Part shown: positions 36,697 through 64,000 of the stretch, piece by piece | Layout of the letters: every line of letters starts with the position of its first letter | Position numbering within the stretch: the stretch's first letter is position 1 | Source of the DNA: Amoebidium appalachense | Lineage: Eukaryota > Protista > Ichthyosporea | DNA: 64,000 nucleotides | Reading direction: 5' to 3' | NCBI GenBank assembly: GCA_963693365.1 | Contig: CAVNZM010000017.1 | Coordinates: 1,217,989 to 1,281,988 of the forward strand | Program-made: the position numbers and the translations under genes | Notes under the pieces: model-generated | The model's database searches: none | What the model saw: the letters and a program-made list of their open reading frames with translations, nothing else | Told to the model about the DNA's origin: nothing

Positions 36697-39337
36697 TTTA
36701 TCCTTCTTCTTCTGGAATGCTCGGACACTGGGCCCCCAAAAGGGCCTCCCCCCCGGGACACTCGACGATAAAATCAGCTACATACAACAACAGACAAACA
36801 ACCACACGTTTACAGTGATTTGCGAAACACAGTTTAAAAACCACCACAAATTCAACTCTACATTGGTCGACACATCCACACACCCCGGTTACGCGAAAAA
36901 CCGAGGCATTATTGTACTTGCCGCACCACACGTGAGAGTGAAGTGCAAACCGGTAGCAAAAACGGAATTCTCGGTTTCTATAGAGTTTCTTTCTAATGTT
37001 TTTACTTTTGTATATTACCCACCATCTATGTCGGTTGTCGAATTGACTCACGAGTTGTCACAGTTACCAATGTCCACTGTTATTTTAGGTGATTTTAACA
37101 CGCGACTCCACCACACAGACACACTGCAAGTGAGTGTCGGGTACCCATCTAAGCCCCCGGAGCGTGCTATCCCTTTAGCAAGGTATGTCCAAAGTCACAC
37201 TTTGCGGTTCCCTCAAATATCCCATGCCCACAACACCGACTGGGGAGTGGCCTTTTGGCCATCAACCATGTCAAAACTCTCTCTCCCTCCTAACCTCTCT
37301 AGGTCATCTGACCACTCTCCTATCCTTTTCCTACCTAAGATCTCCCTTGATCTGCTCCCCCCTCCCCCTCCCACCTTTCGCCTCCGTCTATCCCAGCTTA
37401 AGTCACAGTGGGGTAGAGTTGATGTATGTGTATGCTATGCTACGAAACACCCTATATATATGCGCCTATTAGAATCTGCACAAGCCAGGCCAGATTCACA
37501 TCTCGTACTAGATACATGCACTAACTTTATTGTTGATGATTTGATAGATCTCGGTGATTATGCTGGCGGTGGTAGGAAGGAATACCCCGATGCTCTCTTG
37601 TTACCAAACACCACTCCCGCTAGACTAGGTGAACCCCTGTCTCAAAAGGAAAGCTTGCGCCGGCTTGCTAGTATGAATCGATTTGGCCCCCCTGCTCGTA
37701 TTATTGGTGATACCACTGGAGACCCCCTCATAGACTCTGATAAGTATTTCTCGGAACTGTTTAAAGATAGGACCCCCGCTCAGAAACCTATTGTGTGGCC
37801 TGTAGACCCATCTATCCCCATAGAATCGATCCTCCCCTTTTTCAGTCCCGATGCCATATGGTCTGTGATATCTAGTTATAGCTCTAGTAAGTCTTGTGGA
37901 CCTGATGGACTCCCTGCTGGGTTTCTTAAAATCCTTGTTCCCTCCTACCCACAAAAGGAAAGTGATCGTGCTATTAAACCTGATCTTACTATCATGTTAA
38001 GCTCTCTCTTTTCTTGGTGTGTTAAATGTGGACATGTCCCGTCATCTTGGTTAGATACCTTAGTGATCCCCATAGTTAAGAAGGACTCTGAGGGCCCCAT
38101 ATCATCCTTTCGCCCCATTACACTAACCCAGGTTGTTCGTAGATTCTTTGAAGCTTGCTTACTTAGGTTATTTGCACATCACCCTAGGTTTCAATCTATT
38201 CTTCACATACACCCATGCCAATCCGCTTTTCGTAAAAACAATTCATGTTATGTTCAAATAATGGCACTGCACGATTCTATGCAAGTTGGTGCACAATATG
38301 TTGGCTTTATTGATTGGAAAACTGCTTACGATTCTGTCTCCCCTGGTCTCCTATGGGAAAAGCTTGCTGCACGGGGTGTACCACACTGCATTGGTGTTCT
38401 GTTAGAAGCACTCTTGTCTCAAACCTATGGTAGAGCTGTGGTTAATGGGCATCTTTCATATGGTTTTGCTCGTACTAGAGGTCTCTTGCAGGGTTCATTG
38501 CTTAGCCCCTTTTTGTTTAACCTATTTATAGATGATTTGGCTGTCAAGATTTACGCCGAAAACGATGACCCTATTAATAACTTTCCGCCTGCACTTCTCT
38601 ATGCTGATGATCTGTCCCTCCTTGCCCGTACCCCTAGACGCCTGCAAAGATTGTTCGATGTAGTGTCAGAGTGGTGCAAGGCAAACCTTATGATCCTTAA
38701 CATAGACAAATGTGGTGTTCTTGTACCTGATATAGCTAACAATTTACACACATTTACATTATCATCTAAACCTGTACCTATAGTTCCAGAATACAAATAT
38801 CTTGGTGTTCCGGTTGATTATGTTGAACATGTTGTTGGTGTTATGTTTCCCCATATGGTCGAAAAGAGGGTAGAGTTGGCTCGTAAGCGGTTAGCTTTCT
38901 TCTCGGCTAATATTTTTAAAGACACACCCCTCCATCCTTCTATTAGACTTACATTTATTCGCACTTTTGTCTTCCCGGCATGTGAATATGGTTTACCCCT
39001 TCTCGCCGCTTGGATCAAGAAAGAGAGAACTAGAGCGCTTAAACCCTTGGCAAATTTCCTTGAAGCAGAAGTTGCCTCCTTTCTATCTAACAACTGTTGT
39101 AAACCTGGGCCTGTAACGCTCTCGATATATGGTCTGGTCCCAATAGCTGCTAGAGTATCCTATCTCGCGCTGAAATTCAATAAGCACATAAGCCGCTTAA
39201 AGAAGTATTTGCCCTCCCACCCTCTCTTCTCTATCCGACCTGTCCCCTCCTCACCTCTCCCCTCTTTCCTCCCCTCTCTCTCCCCTTCTCCCCTGGGCAC
39301 AAATACAAATAAACCCCGCAATAGTGTGTGTGTGTGA
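36689..39337 (+). CDS. LINE ORF2: APE endonuclease + reverse transcriptase (copy 2)
   Basis: 882 aa, same motifs as 12416-15064. Confidence 0.95.
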   Translation: MPNLSFFFWNARTLGPQKGLPPGTLDDKISYIQQQTNNHTFTVICETQFKNHHKFNSTLVDTSTHPGYAKNRGIIVLAAPHVRVKCKPVAKTEFSVSIEFLSNVFTFVYYPPSMSVVELTHELSQLPMSTVILGDFNTRLHHTDTLQVSVGYPSKPPERAIPLARYVQSHTLRFPQISHAHNTDWGVAFWPSTMSKLSLPPNLSRSSDHSPILFLPKISLDLLPPPPPTFRLRLSQLKSQWGRVDVCVCYATKHPIYMRLLESAQARPDSHLVLDTCTNFIVDDLIDLGDYAGGGRKEYPDALLLPNTTPARLGEPLSQKESLRRLASMNRFGPPARIIGDTTGDPLIDSDKYFSELFKDRTPAQKPIVWPVDPSIPIESILPFFSPDAIWSVISSYSSSKSCGPDGLPAGFLKILVPSYPQKESDRAIKPDLTIMLSSLFSWCVKCGHVPSSWLDTLVIPIVKKDSEGPISSFRPITLTQVVRRFFEACLLRLFAHHPRFQSILHIHPCQSAFRKNNSCYVQIMALHDSMQVGAQYVGFIDWKTAYDSVSPGLLWEKLAARGVPHCIGVLLEALLSQTYGRAVVNGHLSYGFARTRGLLQGSLLSPFLFNLFIDDLAVKIYAENDDPINNFPPALLYADDLSLLARTPRRLQRLFDVVSEWCKANLMILNIDKCGVLVPDIANNLHTFTLSSKPVPIVPEYKYLGVPVDYVEHVVGVMFPHMVEKRVELARKRLAFFSANIFKDTPLHPSIRLTFIRTFVFPACEYGLPLLAAWIKKERTRALKPLANFLEAEVASFLSNNCCKPGPVTLSIYGLVPIAARVSYLALKFNKHISRLKKYLPSHPLFSIRPVPSSPLPSFLPSLSPSPLGTNTNKPRNSVCV

Positions 39338-39897
39338 CTTTGGACTGCCACTTACTTATTAAACATGTACACAATCACAAGATAATCACGCAATATAACA
39401 AATGGAAAAAGATACCACACGACACTAGACCCGATGAAAGCATACACCTTGAAAAACTAAGCCTTATGTCTCGTTTTATATATACTGACCGCCTCAACCA
39501 TATTGCCAAATATGGCACTCGCAAGTGTATAACACCTAAATACATATTACCTTCCTGTAGAACTGGTCTTTCTCTAGCTGATGGTATTATTGATCAATTA
39601 CCACGCTTTTACTGTACACGTGCTATACAGTGGAGATCTAATAAGTATAAGGTGGCATCATTTGCATGCCCAAACAACACACACACACACCAGTTTAACC
39701 GGTCATGTATCGCCAAATGTAGTTTGATAGACCACATAATACCGCAACACACACACGTCACATTCACAACAGACACCCAGAAAGATAGCCTACCTGTAAA
39801 TTACAACATCCTTGATTTTATACTAAACACGCGTAACTACGACCTGTTTATTAGATGTATTGATTGGCTTGAGAAACACATCACTACAAAATTATAG
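39325..39897 (+). CDS. LINE ORF2 C-terminal Cys/His domain in the -1 frame (copy 2)
   Basis: Same as 15052-15624, with the same frameshift. Confidence 0.75.
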   Translation, partial: CVCVTLDCHLLIKHVHNHKIITQYNKWKKIPHDTRPDESIHLEKLSLMSRFIYTDRLNHIAKYGTRKCITPKYILPSCRTGLSLADGIIDQLPRFYCTRAIQWRSNKYKVASFACPNNTHTHQFNRSCIAKCSLIDHIIPQHTHVTFTTDTQKDSLPVNYNILDFILNTRNYDLFIRCIDWLEKHITTKL

Positions 39898-39901
39898 CGC
39901 A

Positions 39902-39972
<71 letters not shown>

Positions 39973-40004
39973 CCAGCTGATACCGAGTGTCCCGAGGGGA
40001 GCCC

Positions 40005-40043
<39 letters not shown>

Positions 40044-40244
40044 GGGGAACCCCAACTAATTGATTTCTCCTTGTAGTCTTTATGGTGTCTCGTAGAGAAA
40101 GTAAACCCTGATATATAGTCACCACCCGACATCTATGTACGTGATCATGATATACCGCTGAGGGGATATTCCGAGCAAACCCCCCCCCCCCCATACCTGA
40201 GACTGGTTCTCTTTGCCTCGAGTAAACAGCGTAAACCCCTATAG

Positions 40245-40610
40245 TGTATGAGTGAGATTGTCCCACAATCACACGCATATGAATTTGTACTTGGAGTCAT
40301 AGGCAGAGACCAGATCCGCCGAGACCCTGCCCGAGCCTCATGGCTCCCCCTATACTATGCCGCTGATTACGCTCATATATGGTAGCAGAGACAGCCCGAC
40401 CGCCCTCTGATGGCCTAGCCGCTTTCCACTGCGCACTGCTATGAGCTCGGGGCGAGCTCACTCCCGCCGCCGAGATGTATGAGTGAGATTGTCCCACAAT
40501 CACACGCATATGAATTTGTACTTGGAGTCATAGGCAGAGACCAGATCCGCCGAGACCCTGCCCGAGCCTCATGGCTCCCCCTATACTATGCCGCTGATTA
40601 CGCTCATATA
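40245..40610 (+). mobile_element. TRIM (miniature LTR retrotransposon), 366 bp
   Basis: Two identical 135-bp LTRs (40245-40379, 40476-40610; TGTATGAG...CTCATATA); PBS TGGTAGCAGAG (initiator tRNA-Met) at 40380-40390; hairpin shared with the Gypsy; 4-bp TSD ATAG at 40241-40244 and 40611-40614. Confidence 0.92.
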
Positions 40611-40820
40611 ATAGATGTACTCACTCGCGACTATTGGTGAATCATCTTATTGTAAGCCACTTTGAACTAAAACAAAGACAACGAATGTAGCTAGCCAATC
40701 ACGCTACCTCTTAGATAAACAGAGGAGAGCAAACACAAATAAAATACAATAAGTTCTATCAGGCAAGAGAGCCAGGCGTGCACAGATCTACAGATATCTG
40801 TGCAGGGAGAGAGAGGGATA

Positions 40821-40886
<66 letters not shown>

Positions 40887-40981
40887 CGAGAGAAAGAAAA
40901 GAGAAAAGGGAGAGAGGGGGGAGAGCACAAAGGACACTTATGTTTGAATTTAAAAGGATTTTTCAAGCATATAGCATAGCT

Positions 40982-41021
<40 letters not shown>

Positions 41022-42354
41022 ATATTTTAGTAAAGATGAGTGATGTGAAAGGTCATTCATTTTGTTTGCTTTGGGTGGATATCGATGCTTATTTACAACG
41101 GACCCCTGGCCCTGTGACGGTTGAACTTGAACAAGGCCTGTAGGGTGCGCTTTGAACCAATCGGAAATGAGTTGATTGGCTGACCGAAGTCTACTCCTAT
41201 TGGTGCTCTGTGTCATCTTGGGAAAGTGGCGGAAAGCCCGTCAGCGCGCTGGCCCAGGAAACTAGTGCTACCTGGCAGCTTTTGTAGTCGCAATTCACTA
41301 GTATCGCCCAAAAATACATTTTTTCCTTTTATTGTTGGCGATTTGTTTCTTCCTGTTCTCTTGCTCAACCAGCCAGAATATCGATGGCATCGTTATTGTC
41401 TGATCCTGTGACACTCCTCTAATCTCATGAAGGTGACCTTCATCGGAATGTGCGCGCCTTGGAGCAGTTACTGCAACATTGATGAAGGAGAAGAGTATGG
41501 ATGTAAGAAAGAATCCGCAGTAGCTGTTGAATTATAGAGCGTAAAAGTCGATATAGTAGAATATAATACATATACTCTTTTTAGGCAAAGGTGTTTCTGA
41601 CAATCCATTCTATCACATGTACCGTGCTCCGGCAGGAACAATCTCGATTCATAAAGTGCGCTGAATTCATGAAAGTGCAATAAGTAATGACCAATCACAG
41701 AGTACTTACTATTCAGGGCTTCATATTCTTTGTTCATAGGGTCACGGGGCGGCCACGGGCTCAAGCCTCACGGTCCCGGAAAGTTCGTTGAATTTTTCAG
41801 TCTGTTGAATGACAGGAGGAATCAAAGACAATGTGAAAATTTGCTGACCATTTTCACTTCACATAAAATATTAAAAAGACATCGACTCTGTTTCTGATAG
41901 GTATATTTGGCGGTACATACACGCTTGCGTTCATGCCATACCTACAACCTACGCAGCCTCTGCCAGTCCACAGGATAAAGTCACAGGTTCGAACCCTGCC
42001 GTAACGTACAGCACCGCCGTCAGTACAGTCATGTTGTCGGCTTGCTGATAAAACAGAGGGAAAGGGGCTGTATAGAAAAACACAACTTGTTTCTTCCCCC
42101 TTTTTTTTTTCAATGTTTTTTTGGGATAAGTTGTCGACTTGTGACTTCTGAAGGTATGACAGGCGGTAGTTTTGGCAATGTCCTACTTTTCGAGCAAAAA
42201 CACACACAAAAAACAGAAAGCAAGTTTCTTATTGACGCCTCAACGCAACTGCTTATGAGCAAACTGTGATTTCTGAGCTTTACATCTTTAACCCCTTTAC
42301 TCCTGGATTGAAGAACAACAGACACTGAAGTCTGACTAGGAAAAAACCGAAATC

Positions 42355-42945
42355 ATGCCTTCTCTGTCCATGTGGAAAGCGTTTTCCGGTTCCGGACGAG
42401 CGTCTTCATCTTCGGCCGAGAGCGCAAACTCCCGTACCATGCCCGAAAAAGTCACCTCTGACGATGCACACGCACACGCACGTACGTGCGCAGCCATATC
42501 CCTCGAGGACACAGAGTTAGTTACGGGATATATGAACAAGCAGAGCGGGAGAAGACAGGTGTGGCAAGAGAGATACTTTGTTCTGGACACACGCACAGGA
42601 GTTTTGACTTATTACTTGAACAAGAAGTCAAGAGAGCCCCAGGGTGTGCTACACTTGGAACTGTACGGAAGGTGTGACCGCGTGCACTGGTATGATGAGC
42701 GTACTGCAGATCGCATTTTTACCGTGTATTCACGCGAAAACAATGTTCGTCCCTACATGTTCCTCACAGCGTCCAAGAGTGATACGGATAGATGGGTGAG
42801 AGCGATAAGACAGCATATTGTCCCTACCTCGACAAAGACAGAGGTGCCGAGGGTGATTGAGACAGCGAGGGTGGGTGGAAAGACTGAGGAGGGATTTTGG
42901 AGCCAGATATATCGACGGGTGTCCCTTCGCGCACGCTCATCATAG
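42355..42945 (+). CDS. PH (pleckstrin homology) domain protein
   Basis: GYMNKQSG...WQERYFVL...LTYY...PQGVLHL...MFLTASKSDTDRWVRAI is a canonical PH pattern; single exon. Confidence 0.9.
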   Translation: MPSLSMWKAFSGSGRASSSSAESANSRTMPEKVTSDDAHAHARTCAAISLEDTELVTGYMNKQSGRRQVWQERYFVLDTRTGVLTYYLNKKSREPQGVLHLELYGRCDRVHWYDERTADRIFTVYSRENNVRPYMFLTASKSDTDRWVRAIRQHIVPTSTKTEVPRVIETARVGGKTEEGFWSQIYRRVSLRARSS

Positions 42946-44044
42946 TTTTTTTGGGGAAGATTAGTGGTTGTCCCAAACTCTTCTGCTTGACGTATTTCGA
43001 GCGAGTTAGAATTGTTCGTTAACTTAGTAGCCACTTTATGTTTGCGAATGACTGCCATGACTTGGGTGATGCGGGAGCTGACATGGCCCCTGAGATTGCA
43101 AAGGCGAGCCAGACCTCTGCATGGAGAACGACGTGGGGGTTGCCTGTGCAATTGCTATAGCTTGAAAACGTGCATTTTTTGGGGCCCCTCGTTTTAAGCA
43201 CGAACTATTATGAATGATTTTCCTGGCCTTTCGTATGCATGTATTAGTGAAGCTGTTGTTCTGTTTTGCTTTTTTTGTGTGTGTGTGTGTGCGGAACAAT
43301 AGAAGCATAAGTGGGCTTGATGTTCGAGGCATTTTTAGGAGTGTACTGTATAGAAGACTAAAGCGATGTTCGATGTACAGATTTCTGGTGTGCGGTATTG
43401 TGGACGGTAGTGTTTGCTTTTTACCAAATCTGGCACAAACACGCATGGTTTTACCTATACTTGCCGTGCACGCACACCTATTTTGAAAGTTTTCGGAGAA
43501 AGTTGAAGCAGATTTTGCTGTTGTGTATGCCACTTGTGATGGCAACAAGTATATTGTAATAGATGCTGATATCTGGTTACATACTGAATTACAAGTGATA
43601 CTTCTTGCACATCGTGGTACAACACTGGAGCCAACCGCACCTTTTGCTGCCCTTTCATGCAAATGATTGTATTATGCCAGTTTCTTTGTCAGGTGATAGT
43701 CCAACCTTTGAAAGGCCTCCCCTTCCCCTCCCTCCCCCCGCCCCGGCCTCCCACCACCCCCCCCCCCGTCACGTACACACAGAAACATGTGCGCGCGTGT
43801 GTCCAAATCGAGCGCAAATCGATCCTATCCCTACCTCCTCCGGATCATATGGCTTTGTTTTCAGACCATGGTCTGCCCACTAGTGAGTGGATCGAACCAT
43901 ACACTATCCCCCCCCCCCCCCCCCCCCAAAAAAAAAAAAGAGGGGGAGGGGGGGGGGGGGGGGGGGGGGGGGGGTTTCGGAGACCCGAGTCGAAAGGCAG
44001 AGATCACAGAAGAGATAGAGAAAGTGAGCCCCTCCCCCCCCCCC

Positions 44045-44075
<31 letters not shown>

Positions 44076-44535
44076 CCACCACCACCACCCCCACCCCAAC
44101 TCCAACCCCCGTCTCTAGATCTCTCTCTCTCTTCCCCCCAACCCCCCCACACCCCCCTCCCGTGCACCTCAGATTGGGGGGAAAAGAAGAAGAAGAAAAG
44201 GGAGAAGGAAAAAGAAGAGAGGGACCGGAAGGAAGGAAGGAAGGGGGCCGTGGGGGGGGGGGGGGGGGGGGGGGGGGGGGAAGGGGGGGGGGTGAGGGGG
44301 GCAAGTTGCCTCAGAGAAATTTTACGACGGCTGGAGGCCACATGTGTCAATTCCAAACGTGGCAGGAGAAACGTTGAAGACATCCATATGCTCCGGCCCA
44401 GGACGTATCTCAGGACACAGTGAAAGGCTAAGAACTGGTTAACTTATTACGGTAATAAGGGGCGTTGGTGTGGGTGGCCCGGGTGGTTCGGATCAGCGTG
44501 CCAGTGGCGATGGTGGTGGTGGTGAACGTGGTGGT

Positions 44536-44584
<49 letters not shown>

Positions 44585-44585
44585 T

Positions 44586-44617
<32 letters not shown>

Positions 44618-45625
44618 GGGGGGGGGGGGGGGGGGGAATAACATGCTTGTCACAGTTACACGGATCATGACGCGCACAGGGATCAATGGGTTGAATTCTT
44701 GCAACATGTGCATTTTTTGCCATACAATGACATTCTACGATGCATTACATATACACCGTCAGGATACTAAGCTATATACTGTTACATTTGTTTTACTTAA
44801 AACAAACCACGAAGGGAAGGAAAAGAAGAACGAAAAAGCGAAGAGAATATATCGTGTGATTCAGAGATACACCAGAAATTCTTGACAAAAACCAACATAT
44901 GTATTAGTGTGACGTGAACACGGGAAATGGAAAGAAGAGACTCGAGTTCGGAAGCTTATTTTTAGCTCCACAAATAAGAATATACCTACTTTTTTTTATA
45001 GTTTAATTAACGGTTGGGAGGGATTGTGCTGTTTATTAACGACGGGATCCGGACAGAGAGTGCAGGACGAAATCAAACACTTAACTTTCTAATGCAGTTG
45101 ACATGCCAAGAACATCCTCCCCCCCCCCCCCCCCCCCCCCCCCCGGGCGCGGCCGGCCCCTGGCCCCCCCCCACACCTAAAAGATCGAAAGATAAAACAG
45201 ACAAACGAACTAAGCCAAAAAAAAAAAAAGAAAAAAAAAAGGCAAAATCAAAAATCAAAAGCGCCCTCCAAAAGTGACAAACACTGCTCCTGTCAACATA
45301 CCTGTGGGGTAACTTTACACTACAAGACTCTTGGCCATGCAAGTTCAAATATTTATATTATCTCTACACACGCGTGCTTGTAAAAATTCAAACCGACAGA
45401 TACTTCGAATATGTACCTTGAAACTACTGGTAAATAATCGAAAGAATTCATGCCCGATAAATCGATAGCGGAGTGCTTCGTTTTCCATAAGCTATCAAGT
45501 TTTTTTTCTTCCCCATATAGCGTAGGCAGATATCAGATATTCACCCTAGTAGCGGAACTTTATAATTTAAGGAAATTTCGAATATCCATATACGGGTAAT
45601 CCGATTTACCAAAAATGGAAATCAG

Positions 45626-60537
<14,912 letters not shown>

Positions 60538-61175
60538 GCTCACCACCGCTCCTCTTGCAACACTAACAAAATGCACCAAACTAACACACCACGCAATTCA
60601 CTCCATGCAAAAACCAACGTAACACTAAACTTGAAACGAGTTTCCGCGGGTGTGACACGCGCTGCGCGCAGCTGAGCGGGGCGGAATGAAGAGTGCGAGA
60701 CAAACACAGGCCATGCGTTCCGATTGGCTAGCCAAACGACAGCGCGCCCGCCGATTGGTCCAACAAGCCAAACTTGCCTTATATAGTAAAATGTACACAA
60801 TGCAACCAGGCACTAAAAAGCAGTTGAGTTAGGTCGGGAAAACACTCTTTGCGGCACGTGATATTATGCGCGTACAGCACGTGTACACCAGTCAGCTCGA
60901 GCCTTGTTTCTGCTGACATCTTTTATTTTTGATATCGGCCAATGATTCATCGCAGATAATTCCCGATATTTGGCTTAGGGTTCCAGCCCGTTGCAGCCGG
61001 CCAAATTCATAACCGAAAAGCTGCAGAATAATAAGACCCCCTTCACATACAACAGTAGTTAAATAACAGTAAAAAGGCTTTTGACCAATCACCTTCATCC
61101 ATTGTGTTGTTACTCTATATTGTATGAGATATATATGAGCCCATTTTGAGAAGCGGAAATATATGTCTGGCATGT

Positions 61176-61284
<109 letters not shown>

Positions 61285-61335
61285 CGTGTGTGTGTTTGTG
61301 TTTGTGTTTGTGTTAGTGGGTGTCTGGCATGTAGG

Positions 61336-61408
<73 letters not shown>

Positions 61409-61685
61409 TGCGCACATGTTTGTGTTCAATATTAGTAAGCTGTGGCGTGTGTGGCTTTGGGAGGGAAAGGGGGGGGGGGGGGGGGGGGGGGGGGGGGTAT
61501 TATCACCATCTAGTCCAGGTGGACAATTAGATACTGACCTTCGCAGACATCAAAAAATTCCTGAAACAACTCACACAAAAAACACAGCGAAAAGAAAGAA
61601 AGAAAGAAAAACAAACGGGAACGGAACAAACTACACGAGAGACAAAGAGAATAGAAAACCAGAAAAATGCCGGGGGAAGGGGATC

Positions 61686-64000
<2,315 letters not shown>

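Larger units (their letters stand above)
36390..40653 (+). mobile_element. LINE copy 2, 5'-truncated in ORF1, with a TRIM inserted near its 3' end
   Basis: Matches copy 1 from 12117 (offset 24273) to ...GTAAACCCCT with only a few substitutions seen (H/P, S/Y, L/M and one silent change). Confidence 0.93.

Noticed and set aside
36019-40653. TTATTGT as a TSD around LINE copy 2 plus 360 bp upstream
   Set aside because: The same heptamer follows the stem-loop at 6728, so it is more likely part of the element end; a short AT-rich match.
60715-60790. CCAAT/TATA-like motifs upstream of MLYCD
   Set aside because: Orientation and order are ambiguous; cannot be supported without TSS data.

Overview
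Eukaryotic, microsatellite- and homopolymer-rich genomic window with spliceosomal introns full of (CA)n/(TG)n, (CT)n and C/G runs. A unicellular opisthokont/holozoan source is plausible but is only an inference. Host genes: a 4-exon class-C-GPCR-like membrane protein (+), a secreted Asn/Gly-rich protein with three Cys-rich modules (+), a frameshifted Cys-rich pseudogene (-), a single-exon PH-domain protein (+), a 16-exon malonyl-CoA decarboxylase (-) and the 3' part of an MNK-type kinase (-). Mobile DNA: a 5'-truncated Ty3/Gypsy element with its 3' LTR, two near-identical APE-RT LINE copies, a 366-bp TRIM, MITEs and a large inverted duplication. Most notable observations: (1) a family of sense-oriented intronic retroposon-like repeats whose head is a ~160-nt structured RNA with a conserved k-turn and a pseudoknot showing a compensatory base change, which I cannot match to a known RNA class; (2) two different LTR elements (Gypsy and TRIM) abut the same nucleotide of the same sequence, the presumed 3'-terminal stem-loop of the LINE unit, suggesting target-specific nesting; (3) both LINE copies have ORF2 split by the same (GT)n frameshift. 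All structures and alignments were made by eye.
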